From: Eubacteriales bacterium
GTDB taxonomy: Bacteria; Bacillota; Clostridia; Oscillospirales; SIG627
Length of the DNA stretch: 64,000 bases
Direction: 5' to 3'
Assembly: GCA_045594565.1 (NCBI GenBank)
Contig: JAZNYT010000002.1
Span: 1,824-65,823 of the forward strand
Below are positions 8,896 to 17,479 of this stretch, piece after piece. Each line of letters begins with the position of its first letter. The stretch's first letter is position 1. The notes under the pieces were generated by a model. That model saw only the letters and a program-made list of their open reading frames with translations. It had not been told where the DNA came from and searched no databases. The translations under genes were made by a program, and so were the position numbers.

Positions 8896-9766
8896 ATTCG
8901 GGATCCCACTCGTACTTTGAGGTAAGATCCATTATCATATCACGCGCTTCGATGATATCCTTGTTTCTTTCGCTTCCTTCAACGATTTCACGTTCAATGG
9001 TGAAGTGACCTCTGTATCCGTGGTCGTGAAGTCCCTTTATAACGGCAGGGAAGTCAACCTCGCCTGTACCTATCTGCACCTGCTTACCGAGATTTCTGCC
9101 GTCTGTAGGCCAGAGACCGTCCTTTAAGTGGAGACACTTAACGTAATCACCGAAAATCTTAATAGCATCAACGGGGTTAGCCTTGCCGTAGAGAATGATA
9201 TTCGCTGTATCGAGGTTAACGCCTACGTTGCCTGTACCTATATCCTGAATTGCACGGAGAATGGTAACGGGAGTTTCCTGACCTGTTTCAAAGCAGAACC
9301 ACTGACCGCGTCTCTTGAGCTCTCCGCAAAGATATTTCATCATAGCGATGAATGAGTTATATACAGGATCATTGGGATTCTCGGGAATATATCCGCAATG
9401 TGTTACGATATACTTAACGCCCCATGCCTTTGCAATTTCCGATGCATTAAGAACGAGTTGAAGTCTCTTTTCTCTGTATTCGGGAGGAATGAGACCGATA
9501 GTGTTCTGTCCTTCATAGAAGTTCCATATACAAGGTGCTCCCCAGCCTGCCCAAAGTGCATTGACCTCGACGTTATATTTTTCCATGTATCCTTTTACTT
9601 CGTCAACACGGTTGATAAGGTCTTCTTTTACCTTGTCGTTTGCAAGAAGACAAAACATCATGCTCTTTACGCCAAGAGATGCGGCGTTTTTGAACATCTC
9701 TTCAAGATTGTCATCAGCGTAGTCACCACGGTAGGTGGACATAACTCCAAATTTGATTGCGCTCAT
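8894..9766 (-). CDS. sugar phosphate isomerase/epimerase (xylose isomerase-like TIM barrel)
   Basis: YIVTHCGY, FCFETGQE, VNLDTANIILYG, LHLKDG and FTIEREI are the family motifs. Confidence 0.8.
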   Translation of the reverse strand: MSAIKFGVMSTYRGDYADDNLEEMFKNAASLGVKSMMFCLLANDKVKEDLINRVDEVKGYMEKYNVEVNALWAGWGAPCIWNFYEGQNTIGLIPPEYREKRLQLVLNASEIAKAWGVKYIVTHCGYIPENPNDPVYNSFIAMMKYLCGELKRRGQWFCFETGQETPVTILRAIQDIGTGNVGVNLDTANIILYGKANPVDAIKIFGDYVKCLHLKDGLWPTDGRNLGKQVQIGTGEVDFPAVIKGLHDHGYRGHFTIEREIVEGSERNKDIIEARDMIMDLTSKYEWDPE

Positions 9767-9791
9767 ATTATTTCTCCTTAATTAAAAATTT

Positions 9792-10691
9792 TTATATTCT
9801 ATATTTTGATTTTTTGTTCTTAATATTTGTCAGCACTATCGAAACAATGACCAAAGCTATTCCGAAATACTGAAGAAGCGACAGGTCATCACGGAAGAAT
9901 ACACCGCCGATAACCGTTGCCACAACAGGCTCGATTGCGGCAACCACCGCCGCCGTTCCCGATTCAAGTCTTTCAAGTCCTTTAGTGTAGAAAATGTAAG
10001 GCAAAACTGCCGTGACAAGACCTGACAGTGCCATTATAACACTTATTTCGGGCTTTTGCAATACAAGTGACGAAAGTAATTTAAAATCAGTAAAAAACGA
10101 AAGTCCCGCCGCCGCAAAAAGGAAGGTGTATACGGTTATCGTCATAGAAGAATATCCTTTTTGAAGGGCAAATCGGGAAAAAATACTGTAAAGGGCATAG
10201 GCTATACCCGATGCCGTTCCGAGAAGCATTGCAATAAGCGATATCTTTGTTACACTTGCGACTATTCCCGTAACGAAAGCACAGCCCGCAACGCAAAAAA
10301 TACAGGAAATCACCTTTGTAAAAGTTAACTTCTCTTTGAAAAGGATAAACGAAAAAAGAATAACGAAAACAGGGGAGGTATACAAAAGAACCGCCGCCAC
10401 CGACATTGAGCTTCGGACGATAGTCTCGAAATAGCATACCGTGAATATCATAAGGCTGACAAGTCCGCTGCCGAGAAAGCACCAGATATCACGTAGCTTT
10501 ATTTTGAACAGACGGGGATTTTTAACAAGCAGATAAAGCACCATAATGAGAGAGGCGAAAATAAGTCGCACTCCTGCAATGTCGACCGATTGAAGCCCTG
10601 TTGAGCTGAAGAAGTTTACGAAAACTCCCATAGTACCCCAAAGCACGCCTGCTATCAGAACGAATATTATTCCAAATTTTTCTTTTATCAC
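9792..10691 (-). CDS. DMT superfamily (EamA-like) transporter
   Basis: Ten TM helices with duplicated EamA halves. Confidence 0.8.
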   Translation of the reverse strand: MIKEKFGIIFVLIAGVLWGTMGVFVNFFSSTGLQSVDIAGVRLIFASLIMVLYLLVKNPRLFKIKLRDIWCFLGSGLVSLMIFTVCYFETIVRSSMSVAAVLLYTSPVFVILFSFILFKEKLTFTKVISCIFCVAGCAFVTGIVASVTKISLIAMLLGTASGIAYALYSIFSRFALQKGYSSMTITVYTFLFAAAGLSFFTDFKLLSSLVLQKPEISVIMALSGLVTAVLPYIFYTKGLERLESGTAAVVAAIEPVVATVIGGVFFRDDLSLLQYFGIALVIVSIVLTNIKNKKSKYRI

Positions 10692-10694
10692 AGT

Positions 10695-11504
10695 TTACCT
10701 CTGAAGTCCGAAAAATTCGGGCTTTCTTTTCGTATATACGGCATATTCCTTAAACCCGATAGATAAAAGCCTTTCTGCGGCTTCAGAAAAGCCGAATGCA
10801 AGATGCTCGGGTCGGTGAGCATCGGAGCCTAATGTGATAATTTTTCCACCAAGCTCGCGGTATCTCTTAATTATGTCGTAATTCGGATGAGGGTCGGAAT
10901 TTCCCATCCTCATAAACGCCGTGTTTATTTCAATTCCCTTATCCTGCCTTATAAGAAGAGATAAAATCTCGTCGATAATATCCGAAAGGCTCATTTTTGT
11001 ATCGGCAAAGCCTCCGTATCTTATAACGTAGTCCAGATGCCCGTATACGTCAAAGGACTCGTGGTGAAGCTTTACGTTTTCGTATACCTCGTAGAGATAT
11101 TTTTCATAAGCCTCATCCTTTGTAAGCCCCTCATAGAAGGAAAAATCGTGGGATATGTTCTTCATACACACAACGTGAGAGGAGCCTATAATGAAATCAT
11201 AGTCGAAATATTTTGAAATTTCCCGCACCTTTTCCTTTTTGTCGGGGCGAAGTCCTATTTCCACACCCATTTTTATAAAGTCGCCGAAAAGCGACTTTGC
11301 TTCTTCAAATTTTTCTTTATAAACGGCATTATCAAATGGACGTGCCTTTTCATCATGAGGGTCCATTCCGTCGTATATGTCACAATGCTCGGTGAAGGTA
11401 ATACCGCCAAGCCCTATTTCCTTTGCCGTCAAAATAAAATTTTTATAACTGTCGTTTCCGTCGAAGCTTACGTCACTGTGAACGTGATTATCGAAAAAAA
11501 GCAT
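10695..11504 (-). CDS. PHP-domain histidinol-phosphatase family protein (HisJ/HisK-like)
   Basis: N-terminal FFDNHVHSDVSFDG, FTEHCD, GSSH and LGSDAH metal-ligand motifs of the PHP fold. Confidence 0.8.
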   Translation of the reverse strand: MLFFDNHVHSDVSFDGNDSYKNFILTAKEIGLGGITFTEHCDIYDGMDPHDEKARPFDNAVYKEKFEEAKSLFGDFIKMGVEIGLRPDKKEKVREISKYFDYDFIIGSSHVVCMKNISHDFSFYEGLTKDEAYEKYLYEVYENVKLHHESFDVYGHLDYVIRYGGFADTKMSLSDIIDEILSLLIRQDKGIEINTAFMRMGNSDPHPNYDIIKRYRELGGKIITLGSDAHRPEHLAFGFSEAAERLLSIGFKEYAVYTKRKPEFFGLQR

Positions 11505-11641
11505 ATAGACCCCCCTTATTTTCTATGAAAGTATACCGCTTTTTCTTTAGTTCGTCAAGAGCCTTTGTATCTTTTGAGCTCTTTTGTGAATAATATAATA
11601 TGCACGCAATACGTGCAAAAACATACGAAAGGAAGAATTTA

Positions 11642-12889
11642 ATGAATCCGTTTGAACAAAAATCAAAGCCTGTAGACGAAGCCTTTAAGTCGTGGAGCTG
11701 TGTTTATCCCTGCTCCTACAAAAAGGAGTTTGCAGACCCTTATACCAAAACCCGTATCATTCTTATGAACGGTACCGAATTTGAGGCAAACTGGTTTTCT
11801 CATCAGTTTTCAAGACATACCGACAATATGGATTTAAGACGCGAGATTGCAGTTACAAGAAGAGTTGAGAAGGGACAACAGATGAAGCTCGCTTGTCTTA
11901 AGCCCATCGACGAATCGCCTCTTGAGCACACTATCGGCTATGAACAGCTTGCCGTTGACCTTACCGCAATCCTTGCAAAGCGCGAGCCCGACCCCCACGT
12001 TAAAGCCGCTCTCGATTTTGCGCTTCTTGAGGATTTCGACCACCTTTACCGATATGCCGACCTTCTCGAAATGGATAGCGGTATAAGGGCAGAGGAGCTT
12101 GTGGGAGGCTATACCGAAATAATGCCGGGAAGACCTACCATCACCGAGCACCGCTATCCCTTCGATAACGTAAAGCCCGCCACCGATTTCAGAACGGCAG
12201 ACCCCATAACAAAGCTTAACGTCAATATCATTACCGCCGCCGAGCAGCAGACTATGAACTACTATATGAATATAGCACCCTTCTACTGCAACGATATCGG
12301 CAGACGTCTTTATCAGGAGATAGGACTCATCGAGGAGCAGCACGTAAGTCAGTATGAAAGCCTTATCGACCCCAACGGCACTTGGCTTGAAATGGCACTT
12401 ATGCACGAATACAACGAGTGCTACCTCTACTATTCCTGCTACTGCGATGAAAAGGATCTTAGAATTAAACAGATTTGGGAAGAGCTTTTTGAGGAGGAGC
12501 TTTCTCATCTTCATAAAGCCGCAGAGCTTCTTCAAAAATACGAGGGCAGAAGCTGGGAAGAGGTCATTCCATGCGGAGAATTTCCCGAGCTTCTCTCCTT
12601 TAAGCCTAATATCGAATACGTCAGAGACGTTCTTGAAAACACCGTCAGAAATACCTCTTATTTTGACGACTATCCCTGTATCAACGATATCCCCGACGAC
12701 GCAAAATACTTCTTCTTCCAGAACAAACTCAACTGCGACGTGCCCACAGTTCCGTCACACGAGGTCATCGACAAGTATATCTCATGCAAGGGAATGGACT
12801 ACCGCTACGAAACAAAGCCCAATCCCATACCCGAGCTGCAGAACAGAACCTGCGATAATACCACTCTCGGACGAATTAAGGGTGAATAA
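11642..12889 (+). CDS. uncharacterised ferritin-like (di-iron carboxylate) domain protein
   Basis: Helical protein with paired acidic/His motifs (LLEDFDHLY, AAEQQTMNYY, IEEQHVSQYE, EEELSHLH). I prefer the ATG at 11642 (AAAGGAAG RBS), because the ATG at 11600 overlaps a TATAAT box. Confidence 0.55.
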   Translation: MNPFEQKSKPVDEAFKSWSCVYPCSYKKEFADPYTKTRIILMNGTEFEANWFSHQFSRHTDNMDLRREIAVTRRVEKGQQMKLACLKPIDESPLEHTIGYEQLAVDLTAILAKREPDPHVKAALDFALLEDFDHLYRYADLLEMDSGIRAEELVGGYTEIMPGRPTITEHRYPFDNVKPATDFRTADPITKLNVNIITAAEQQTMNYYMNIAPFYCNDIGRRLYQEIGLIEEQHVSQYESLIDPNGTWLEMALMHEYNECYLYYSCYCDEKDLRIKQIWEELFEEELSHLHKAAELLQKYEGRSWEEVIPCGEFPELLSFKPNIEYVRDVLENTVRNTSYFDDYPCINDIPDDAKYFFFQNKLNCDVPTVPSHEVIDKYISCKGMDYRYETKPNPIPELQNRTCDNTTLGRIKGE

Positions 12890-12894
12890 AAAAT

Positions 12895-12929
12895 GCCTCT
12901 TGAAGCTTATGCTTCAAGGGGCGTTTTTA
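12895..12929 (+). terminator. rho-independent terminator
   Basis: Stem GCCTCTTGAAGC/GCTTCAAGGGGC, loop TTAT, T-run. It overlaps the last codons of the convergent minus-strand gene. Confidence 0.7.
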
Positions 12930-13500
12930 TTGATTTGTTATTTTTCTTTTTCTTCGCCTTCATCAGCCTTAACACAATGGGGCGATTATATCTTTGAACC
13001 ACAATAAACTGCGCGTCGAATATCATTGCAAGAACAGCCGTAATTATAAATGCGGGAGCGCACCCCCAAACAAATATGAAAAAGAGACTGAAAACCGAAA
13101 TAGCCTCGTTTATCCAGTGGTCAAGCTCGGATTTTGCCATAGTGGTTGCAAGCTCGTGAAGAGTCCTGCTTTTAAAATCGTATTTGTCGGGCTCAAAGGT
13201 CAACACCTTGTCCTTCCAAAGCCTTACTTTGAGTATCCTATAAAGCTTTTTTTCGAATTTTCTTGTCTTATACCACGGATGATTGTAGCTTATGTTGAAT
13301 TTATTCGTTATAACGCCTTCGAGGAGCCTTAACCCGAAATGATATATTATCATAAAAGCAACGATTCCAACCCATAATACCACGTCACTTTCATAAATTC
13401 CTGTATAATACAGCGTAAAGCCCGTGACGGACAAAATAACCATCAGGATAATCGTACTGTACATGAAAACCGCAGGACCGCTTAATTTTTTCTTATTCAT
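12907..13500 (-). CDS. small integral membrane protein (possibly glycosyl-4,4'-diaponeurosporenoate acyltransferase-like family)
   Basis: Four TM segments. The SELDHWINE and QRYNRP motifs remind me of that family. This is from memory and was not checked. Confidence 0.45.
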   Translation of the reverse strand: MNKKKLSGPAVFMYSTIILMVILSVTGFTLYYTGIYESDVVLWVGIVAFMIIYHFGLRLLEGVITNKFNISYNHPWYKTRKFEKKLYRILKVRLWKDKVLTFEPDKYDFKSRTLHELATTMAKSELDHWINEAISVFSLFFIFVWGCAPAFIITAVLAMIFDAQFIVVQRYNRPIVLRLMKAKKKKNNKSIKTPLEA

Positions 13501-13505
13501 TTTTA

Positions 13506-14891
13506 TTATCCTTGTTTATAAATTCTCACAACGCATTCACAGTGTTTCGTTCCGGGGAAAAGATTTACGGGATAGACCGCACTTGACGTATATCCCTTTT
13601 GATAAAGATAACCCATATCTCTTGCAAGCGTTGCAGGGTCGCAGGATATATAAAGTATATCGTTAACGTTTCTGTCTGCAAGAAAATCCAGAAGCTCTGT
13701 TGTAGTGCCCTTTCGCGGCGGGTCAAGTATTACGAGAGAGGGAGGGTACTTGTCAAACCAGTCGGATTTTGTTATATCAACAGAATCCGCCGCCATAAAA
13801 CGAGCATTTGAAATACCGTTTCTTTCGGCATTGAATGCCGCACACTCCGCCGCCTTTTCTACAATCTCTATACCGAAAAGCCTGTCGGCAGATGCCCCGA
13901 TTTCACCCCTTTTCATCATAGAAAAAAGAGTGATTCCTATAGTACCTACACCGCAGTAGAGGTCGTATACGTTTTCAAAGTGCTTGTTTTCAAGGAGCGA
14001 AAAGCCCTTTTTATAAACCTCCTCTGCACCCACTCTGTTAACCTGAAAAAAGGAGTCGGGAGACAATTTGAATTTACATCCGAGAAGCTCGTCTTCAAAG
14101 CAGTCTTCTCCGTAAATAATACGAAAATCATCGGATAAAACAACGTTCGTATCCTTGTTGTTGTAGTTTATATATACGTTTACAATTTCCGGAAACTCAC
14201 CGGTTATATACTCCGCAAAGCTCTTTTCAAATTTCTTTGACACAAGCTCCTTTGTGTTTGTTACAACGGTCACCGAAAGCTTGTTCTCTTTATTTACTCT
14301 GTAATATAAATGTCTGACGATACCGCTTTTCGTTTCTTCGTTGTAGCCTTCAGTGTTGTTTGATGCAAGGTATGTCATAATGGTCTTGGTCAAAGGAGAA
14401 AAGGACTCATCGCTTATAATACAGTCGATGCTTTCTTCAACGATTCTGTGAGAATGAGGCGCATAAAAGCCGCATCGCAAAGCACCCTTTTCTTGCGCTA
14501 CGGGAATCTGAGCTTTATTGCGGTAGTGCTTTGTTACGGGGGTCAGAACCTTTTCCACCTTAACGTCTATTTTACCGATCCTCTGCATAACCGCTTCAAC
14601 GTTTTCTTTTTTTATTCTCTCTTCTTCTTCAAGACTCACGTGTCTGAAAACACATCCTCCGCACCTTGGGAAAACCTTACAGTCGGGGTCAACTCTTACA
14701 TCGGAGGGGGAGAGAATAGAGATGAGCTTTCCTACCGAGTAGTTTTTGTTCTCTTTTATAATAACAATTTCCGCCTCGTCGCCCACAGCCGTTGCAGGAA
14801 CGAAGATAACCTCTCCGTCAACTTTTGCAATTCCCGCGCCGTCAGCCGACATCGCTTCAATTTCAGCTTTAAAAACAGTATTCTTCTTCAT
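13506..14891 (-). CDS. rlmD: 23S rRNA (uracil-5-)-methyltransferase, RumA/RlmD family (TRAM + SAM MTase)
   Basis: N-terminal TRAM domain (GAGIAKVDGEVIFVP), a Cys cluster (CKVFPRCGGC), DLYCGVGTIG SAM motif, DPPRKG, and a catalytic Cys context near the C-terminus. Start at ATG 14891 after GAGAGGTG. Confidence 0.85.
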   Translation of the reverse strand: MKKNTVFKAEIEAMSADGAGIAKVDGEVIFVPATAVGDEAEIVIIKENKNYSVGKLISILSPSDVRVDPDCKVFPRCGGCVFRHVSLEEEERIKKENVEAVMQRIGKIDVKVEKVLTPVTKHYRNKAQIPVAQEKGALRCGFYAPHSHRIVEESIDCIISDESFSPLTKTIMTYLASNNTEGYNEETKSGIVRHLYYRVNKENKLSVTVVTNTKELVSKKFEKSFAEYITGEFPEIVNVYINYNNKDTNVVLSDDFRIIYGEDCFEDELLGCKFKLSPDSFFQVNRVGAEEVYKKGFSLLENKHFENVYDLYCGVGTIGITLFSMMKRGEIGASADRLFGIEIVEKAAECAAFNAERNGISNARFMAADSVDITKSDWFDKYPPSLVILDPPRKGTTTELLDFLADRNVNDILYISCDPATLARDMGYLYQKGYTSSAVYPVNLFPGTKHCECVVRIYKQG

Positions 14892-15000
14892 AAAATACAC
14901 CTCTCGTAAATTATACAGTAAATAACCTCATTTTGCAAGAATAAAAGAGAAAAATCTGAAAATACTAAAGGCGTAAAATTTATGAAAGGCGGTAAAATTT

Positions 15001-15186
15001 ATGGCAAACCTTACAACAAAAGAGCTCGACCTTATAAAAGCACAGCTTGGAGAGGAACAGAATCTTATTGCAAAGTACAAGATGTATTCCGCAACCACCT
15101 GCGACCCTGTTTTAAAGGAACAGCTCAGCACAATAGCATCAAAGCATCAGGCTCATTTCGACAGACTTGTAACTTTACTTGCATAA
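15001..15186 (+). CDS. small CotF-like spore coat protein
   Basis: LTTKELDLIKAQLGEEQNLIAKYKMYSATTCDPVLKEQL fits the Coat-F helical pattern. Confidence 0.6.
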   Translation: MANLTTKELDLIKAQLGEEQNLIAKYKMYSATTCDPVLKEQLSTIASKHQAHFDRLVTLLA

Positions 15187-15198
15187 AGGAGGAATAAT

Positions 15199-15480
15199 AT
15201 GAACAACTGTCCCGAAATCAACAACTTTACCGACAAGAATATTATGACGGATGCACTTGAGACACAAAAATCCGTTACCGCATGCTATAACTACTCTGCA
15301 AACGAAGCGGCAAATCCCAACGTTGTAAACACAATGATGGACCTTCTCAATGAGGAGCACATCCTTCAGCATCAGGTCTTTGAGGAAATGTCCAAGAGAG
15401 GCTGGTATCCTACAGAGGCGGCGAGCGACGCGAAAATAAACGAAGTGAAATCTACCTTTACAGGAGCCTCGGCACAGTAA
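15199..15480 (+). CDS. spore coat protein, CotF family
   Basis: TDKNIMTDALETQKSVTACYNYSANEAANPNV...LLNEEHILQHQVFEEMSKRGWY is the Coat-F domain pattern. GGAGG RBS. Confidence 0.75.
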   Translation: MNNCPEINNFTDKNIMTDALETQKSVTACYNYSANEAANPNVVNTMMDLLNEEHILQHQVFEEMSKRGWYPTEAASDAKINEVKSTFTGASAQ

Positions 15481-15486
15481 GAAAAC

Positions 15487-15521
15487 GCGGTTATCATTTT
15501 TTGATAACCGCATATTTTTTT
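15487..15521 (+). terminator. rho-independent terminator
   Basis: Stem GCGGTTATCA/TGATAACCGC followed by a T-run. Confidence 0.8.
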
Positions 15522-15590
15522 GCCGTATATTATTGAAAAATACTTTCTTTTGTGTTATAATCCACGGTGACTAAAATAAAGGAGTCGGAT

Positions 15591-16874
15591 ATGAAGCAGT
15601 TAAAGATAATTTTGATAGGCGGAGGAGACAGGGGAAGCTGTTACCTTAAATATCTCGATATACATCCCGAAAAGTTCTCTCTTGAGGCGATAGCCGAGCC
15701 TGTCAAGGCAAAAAGAGACTTTTTAAGAGATAAATACGGCGTTCCTGCCGATATGTGCTTTGAAAGCTATGAGGATATATTTAAAATACCCAAATTTGCA
15801 GATGTAGTCCTTATCTGTACACAGGACAAGATGCATTTTGCACCTGCTATGAGGGCTATAGAAAATGGATACCACATCCTTCTTGAAAAGCCTATATCCC
15901 CATCCCCGGAGGAATGCTATATACTTTCCGAAAAAGCGAAGGAGGCGGGCGTAAAAGCGCTTGTTTGCTTTGTTCTCAGATACACACCATACTATAAAAC
16001 CATAAAGAGACTCATCGACGACGGAACGCTCGGAGACGTTATGAACGTTATCCACTCCGAATGCGTAGGAAACGTACATATGAGCCATAGCTTTGTAAGA
16101 GGAAACTGGTCGAAGGAAGAGGATAGCGCACCTATGATACTTGCAAAATGCTGTCACGATACCGACCTCTTTCAATGGCTTTTGTCAGACTATTGCACCG
16201 AGGTACAGTCCTTCGGCAGTCTCACTCACTTTACAGAAAAGAACAGACCCGAGGGCGCACCCGAGAGATGTCTTGACGGATGTCCCCATAAGGATACCTG
16301 CTTCTATTATGCACCGTCGCTTTACAGAATTGATACTACCGAGGTTGGACATTTCAGAGCTATCGTTGCAAATAAATTTGACCCCACCGACGAAGAGGTG
16401 GACGAGGCGCTTGTTACGTCACCCTACGGAAGATGCGTGTATTGCTGCGATAACGACGTTGTAGACCACCAGGTAGTGAACGTGAAGTTCGGCGATGATA
16501 AGCTTCTCACTCTTACTATGTCAGGCTTCAACGAGGGCGGCAGAGTCACAACCGTTATGGGAACTAAGGGAGAGCTCAGATGTGATGACGTTCGCCAGAC
16601 TATCACCCTATATGACTTTGCAACACGAAAGACAACCAAGGTGTTCACTCCCGAAACCGCAGAGCGCGAAGCAATGGGCGGTCACGGAGGCGGAGATATG
16701 GGAATAATGGAGGACCTTTACGAGTACGTGGCAAACGATAACCCGTCGGTGTCGGTGTCCGATATATCTCTTTATTGTATGAGCCACCTTATTGCTTTTG
16801 CGGCTGAGGAGGCAAGAAAAAGCGGAAATACCATAAAAATGAAGGACTATTTAAAAACGCTTAATTCAAAATAA
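15591..16874 (+). CDS. Gfo/Idh/MocA family oxidoreductase
   Basis: LKIILIGGGDRGS Rossmann motif and LLEKP. ATG 15591 is preceded by AAGGAG, whereas the ORF-track start at 15567 is a GTG with no RBS. Confidence 0.8.
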   Translation: MKQLKIILIGGGDRGSCYLKYLDIHPEKFSLEAIAEPVKAKRDFLRDKYGVPADMCFESYEDIFKIPKFADVVLICTQDKMHFAPAMRAIENGYHILLEKPISPSPEECYILSEKAKEAGVKALVCFVLRYTPYYKTIKRLIDDGTLGDVMNVIHSECVGNVHMSHSFVRGNWSKEEDSAPMILAKCCHDTDLFQWLLSDYCTEVQSFGSLTHFTEKNRPEGAPERCLDGCPHKDTCFYYAPSLYRIDTTEVGHFRAIVANKFDPTDEEVDEALVTSPYGRCVYCCDNDVVDHQVVNVKFGDDKLLTLTMSGFNEGGRVTTVMGTKGELRCDDVRQTITLYDFATRKTTKVFTPETAEREAMGGHGGGDMGIMEDLYEYVANDNPSVSVSDISLYCMSHLIAFAAEEARKSGNTIKMKDYLKTLNSK

Positions 16875-16903
16875 TCATCATAGAACAGCGTTAAGGAAGT
16901 AAA

Positions 16904-17479
16904 ATGTACGAAAAGTTTTTGGATTATACGGTGAAGCATTTACCGAAGATCGAAACCGAAAGACTTCTCTTGAGAAAAATGACCCCGAAAGACAGTGCGG
17001 ATATGTACGACTATGCATCACGCTCCGAGGTTACAGAATTTCTCACCTGGTCGCCTCACGAAAGTGTAGATTACACGAGAAAATACCTTAAATTTCTTGT
17101 TAAGAAATACAAAACGGGAGAATTTCTCGATTGGGGAATAGTTCTTAAAAGCGAAAATAAGCTTATCGGCACCTGTGGATTTACCTGCATAGATTTCTCT
17201 AATTGTAAAGGCGAAATTGGCTACGTTTTAAGCCCTTCGTACCAAGGGAAGGGCTATGCCGAGGAATGTGTGAGGGAGGTAATACGTTATGCCTTCTCCG
17301 CTCTTGAGCTCAACAGACTTGAAGCGCGTGTGATGGAAGGAAACACCCCCTCGATAAAGCTCCTCGAAAAATGCGGATTTTCTTTAGAAGGAAAAGCCAC
17401 AGAGGACATATACGTTAAAAACGAGTTTAAAAATGTTCTTCACTTCGCTCTTCTGAAATCTGCTTGCAGTTATCTATGA
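16904..17479 (+). CDS. GNAT family N-acetyltransferase (RimJ/RimL-like)
   Basis: TERLLLRKMTPKD start, IGYVLSPSYQGKGYA acetyl-CoA motif, and LNRLEARVMEGNTPSIKLLEKCGF. Confidence 0.85.
   Translation: MYEKFLDYTVKHLPKIETERLLLRKMTPKDSADMYDYASRSEVTEFLTWSPHESVDYTRKYLKFLVKKYKTGEFLDWGIVLKSENKLIGTCGFTCIDFSNCKGEIGYVLSPSYQGKGYAEECVREVIRYAFSALELNRLEARVMEGNTPSIKLLEKCGFSLEGKATEDIYVKNEFKNVLHFALLKSACSYL

Noticed and set aside
14982-15197. The 71-aa ORF overlapping the first cotF-like gene, as a real gene.
   Set aside because: It has a highly basic, motif-less sequence in an alternative frame of a gene with a recognisable Coat-F pattern. I kept it only as part of the duplicated-start observation.
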